Below, piece after piece: positions 32,892 to 35,497 of a stretch of 35,497 nucleotides of DNA. Source of the DNA: a virus. Its lineage: Duplodnaviria; Caudoviricetes. How positions within the stretch are numbered: position 1 is the stretch's first letter; each line of letters opens with the position of its first letter. The translations under genes were made by a program, and so were the position numbers. The stretch covers positions 1 through 35,497 of the IMG/VR virus record IMGVR_UViG_3300032295_000660; one strand, written 5' to 3'. Below the pieces are notes generated by a model. That model saw nothing but the letters and a program-made list of their open reading frames with translations. It ran no database searches and was not told the DNA's origin.

Positions 32892-34172
32892 TTACTGGTT
32901 GAACAACAAGATGCCGGACATCTCTGGGTTCTTGTTGACCACGCCGAACAGGGTGTCCATGCGGTACTTGATGGTCATGCTGTCGATGTCGTAGAACTTC
33001 TGCAAGACCAACTCGATGCCTTGGTCGGTGGTGGCACGCATCACTGCGACGCCAGCATCGGAAGGCACTGCATAACGGCCAGGCAAGATTTCCAACGAAT
33101 CACGCTGCCAGAACACGTTGACCGAAGCGGCATTCACGTTCAAGAAGGTGATGGCAGAAGTGTTGGAAGGTGTTGCCACCTCCACGTTCTTGTACTGCAA
33201 CTGAGCATCGGTGGCAACGCTTTGAGCGCCGATGATCGGAGGAGTGATCACCATGGTGGTGCTATTGGTCACGCTCACGACACGGAATGTCTTGAGTTGG
33301 CCAGTGCTTTGCTTGGTGATGTGGTGCACAGCGAACACGCCAGCAATCGTGAAGGCATCGCCAGCAGCCACGTTGGTGGTTGAGGAAACGGTCACGGTCT
33401 GGAAGCGGTTGTCCACGTTGATCTGGCCGCCGACAGAAGTCGAAGTGGCCTGAGGCGTGTAGTTCGCTTGAGTGCCTGCACCGCTGGTGTCGATGGTGAT
33501 GGAACCACCGCCTGCTGCAGCAGTTTGACGGTTGGCGTAGTCCATCTTGTAGGTGTCGAAGCCAGCGACCATGCCGACATAGCTGCGCTCGTAGGCTTTG
33601 TCAGACTTCTGATTGCCGAACGAACGGGCGGTGCCAACCAGGTTACCAGCCAAGCCGTTGTAATCGCGGCTGGACAGGGCCATGAAGCGGTCGTAGTCAG
33701 GCACGCCTTGCTCGTTCATGATGGCGTCGCACAGGGCCACGTCGTCATAGTCACCAGCAGCGGCTGCAATCGGCACAACCAAAGAACCCAAGCTTGCGGC
33801 AGAGTTCATGATGGCGATGTTGATGTCGCTGGCCAGCTTTTGCTTGGCGGACTCGCCAAGGCGGCCTTCTTGCAGGGCATCGCGCAGTTCAAGTGAAGTC
33901 ATTTCCCAAGGCACGGTCTTGCTGAAGCCAAGAGTGGCGGGTACGGCCAACTGTGTCATACCCTGATAGCCAGGGATCGCAGTACCAGGGGTGCTGTTGA
34001 TCGACTGAGCGATATAGGGCTGGGGACGCCAGATGGTGTTGTTGGCGCGCTCCATCATCGTCTGATCTGTGTTGTAGATGTTGACGTGACGAGATAGCAC
34101 GAGAGCGTCCTGGAAGCCTTCGAGGAGGTCTTCAAACGCAACGCGTTCTTCTTTCGAGAAACTATTGGACAT
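32892..34172 (-). CDS. Major capsid protein (P22 gp5-like coat)
   Basis: MERANNTIWRPQ, ELRDALQEGRL...A.QKLASDIN, FRVVSV...I.PPI, YR.D.LFGV..PEM.G. Confidence 0.93.
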   Translation of the reverse strand: MSNSFSKEERVAFEDLLEGFQDALVLSRHVNIYNTDQTMMERANNTIWRPQPYIAQSINSTPGTAIPGYQGMTQLAVPATLGFSKTVPWEMTSLELRDALQEGRLGESAKQKLASDINIAIMNSAASLGSLVVPIAAAAGDYDDVALCDAIMNEQGVPDYDRFMALSSRDYNGLAGNLVGTARSFGNQKSDKAYERSYVGMVAGFDTYKMDYANRQTAAAGGGSITIDTSGAGTQANYTPQATSTSVGGQINVDNRFQTVTVSSTTNVAAGDAFTIAGVFAVHHITKQSTGQLKTFRVVSVTNSTTMVITPPIIGAQSVATDAQLQYKNVEVATPSNTSAITFLNVNAASVNVFWQRDSLEILPGRYAVPSDAGVAVMRATTDQGIELVLQKFYDIDSMTIKYRMDTLFGVVNKNPEMSGILLFNQ

Positions 34173-34192
34173 GATTTTTCCTTAAAAAATGG

Positions 34193-35086
34193 TCATTTTG
34201 AAGCTGCACGCTTCTGCGCCTTGTACTGGATGACTTTGGTCATGTTGCCAGTACGGGCAGCTTCTTCGCGCAGCCGTTCGAGGGTTGAGTCCACCGCGCC
34301 AGACACTCGACCAGTTGAGCTGATCATGCGTTCGGGTGCAGGGGCTGCCTTCCGGTTCGTAACTTTCAATTCCTTCTCCAGTTTCGCTACCGCAAAGGCA
34401 AACTTTACGGGGTCTTCGATCTTGGCCAGCTCTGCCGCCTTCTTCGGGTTCTTGCCGAGTGCGTAAATCACCAGAGCAGGATTGTCTGCACCTTGCAGCA
34501 CGACGCCTTGTTGCGTGATGTTGAAGAGTTCCTGGGCGACTGCCTCGGCATCCTCAAAATCTCGCACCTTCAGCTCAGCTTTCGCTTTGCCGTAGCCGTC
34601 GAGCTTTTCCTGCCAGGCTTGTTTTTGCGCTTGCTCGGCCTGCTGCAGCTTTTGGGCTTCAGTGTCGGCTTGGCGTTTGCGCTCGAACCAGTCTGCCAGG
34701 GCAGATTCAAACTTGTCAGCGTCATAGTCGAAATCTTCCAGCTTTGGCTTTGTCCCAAGTGCGACCGGCTTTTTCTCAGTCGTCTGGGTCAGCTTCGCTT
34801 CGAGTTCTCGAATGCGCTTTTCCTTTTCGCGGTTTGCTTTACGCAGCTCTTTCACCCAACCAGGTGCATGAGCTTGCTCATCGGGAGGTGGCGCGTCCTC
34901 ACCAATGGAAACGATCACTTCGTTGTCGTCGCCTTCTTGATCTTCGCCGGATTGCTGGTCGTCCTGGTCGGTGCCGGAATTTTGCTCGTCACCCACGTTC
35001 TCAGAATCGTCCTGGCTTTCCTGATCGTCGATCACCAAGGTGTCGTCGTCGAGGTTTTCATCTCCTGTTGCTGCCTTTTTGTTCAT
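34193..35086 (-). CDS. Scaffolding protein
   Basis: Acidic N-terminus, coiled coil, KP.LED.DYD, LERLREEA..TG C-terminus; between portal and coat. Confidence 0.85.
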   Translation of the reverse strand: MNKKAATGDENLDDDTLVIDDQESQDDSENVGDEQNSGTDQDDQQSGEDQEGDDNEVIVSIGEDAPPPDEQAHAPGWVKELRKANREKEKRIRELEAKLTQTTEKKPVALGTKPKLEDFDYDADKFESALADWFERKRQADTEAQKLQQAEQAQKQAWQEKLDGYGKAKAELKVRDFEDAEAVAQELFNITQQGVVLQGADNPALVIYALGKNPKKAAELAKIEDPVKFAFAVAKLEKELKVTNRKAAPAPERMISSTGRVSGAVDSTLERLREEAARTGNMTKVIQYKAQKRAASK

Positions 35087-35103
35087 TCAAATACCCCATT
35101 TAA

Positions 35104-35136
35104 CTCATCCACTTCAAACGGCTGGATGGATACCGT
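35104..35136 (-). promoter_or_regulatory. H-type pseudoknot in the scaffold gene leader
   Basis: ACGGT/GCCGT stem 1; CATCCA/TGGATG stem 2. Confidence 0.55.
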
Positions 35137-35163
35137 GTACCCACATTCTCCACCATATCGATG

Positions 35164-35497
35164 TCATCTGACAACAGGCTGCACTTGTTCTCCAATTGCT
35201 GCTTGTTCCAGCGCCTCGATTGTGGTCAATGCGATGTTCTGATCGATCTCGCTGGCCTTCGCGATGGTCTCGGCCGTCTGGGCGCGTTTGAGTTCGGCGC
35301 TTGCGATGGTCTCCACCGTGTCGGCACGTGCCCTGGCGGCCTTGGCCACGGCTTCTTCGGCTGCGGCTTGCAGGAAGATGGCGTTCGGGTCTTGCTGCTG
35401 GCCAGCGGCTTGCATCTCGGCCATGAGCGCTTCGGCTTCTGCGTCGGTCGGTTTGACCACGCCCATGCGAATCAGGCGCTTGCGGAAGTAGTCCTGC
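35164..35497 (-). CDS. Portal protein C-terminal part
   Basis: In frame with 1856->1 after removing the overlap; ends ...QVQPVVR*. Confidence 0.88.
   Translation of the reverse strand, partial: QDYFRKRLIRMGVVKPTDAEAEALMAEMQAAGQQQDPNAIFLQAAAEEAVAKAARARADTVETIASAELKRAQTAETIAKASEIDQNIALTTIEALEQAAIGEQVQPVVR
35375..35497. repeat. Terminal direct repeat, copy 2 (circular assembly overlap)
   Basis: Identical to 1-123. Confidence 0.97.

Noticed and set aside
1-35497. CRISPR array, tRNA genes, diversity-generating retroelement, alternative genetic code
   Set aside because: No repeat-spacer array, cloverleaf or reverse transcriptase seen by eye; genes tile densely in the standard code

Overview
The window is a complete, circularly assembled tailed-phage genome of about 35,374 bp. 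Bases 1-123 are repeated exactly at 35375-35497, and the portal gene runs across that junction. The virion module is P22-like (podovirus): terS/terL, portal, scaffold, P22-type coat, gp4, gp10, three ejection proteins and a split tailspike module. The genome has two arms diverging from an AT-rich control region at about 9540-9660. The minus arm carries a cro-like gene, a DUF1376 replication initiator with an internal origin, nin-type genes, a ParB-methyltransferase, packaging, head/tail, lysis and a TraR-like gene. The plus arm carries ERF, YqaJ exonuclease, SSB, an Acb2/Tad1-like protein, a DEDD nuclease, an Arc-like protein, a MazG-like pyrophosphatase and many small ORFs. I see no integrase, CI repressor, Q/N antiterminator or spanins. 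The most notable signals are: (1) unannotated structured RNA leaders, namely a promoter-initiated three-way junction/pseudoknot before the initiator and an H-type pseudoknot before the scaffold gene; (2) a GIY-YIG homing endonuclease that duplicated the terS/terL overlap; (3) repeated gene-junction sequences in the early arm; (4) a translationally coupled 42-aa secreted two-cysteine peptide missed by the ORF track; (5) a HiPIP-like cysteine protein in the tail module. All family calls come from motif recognition by eye, not database searches. A Proteobacterial host is an inference only.
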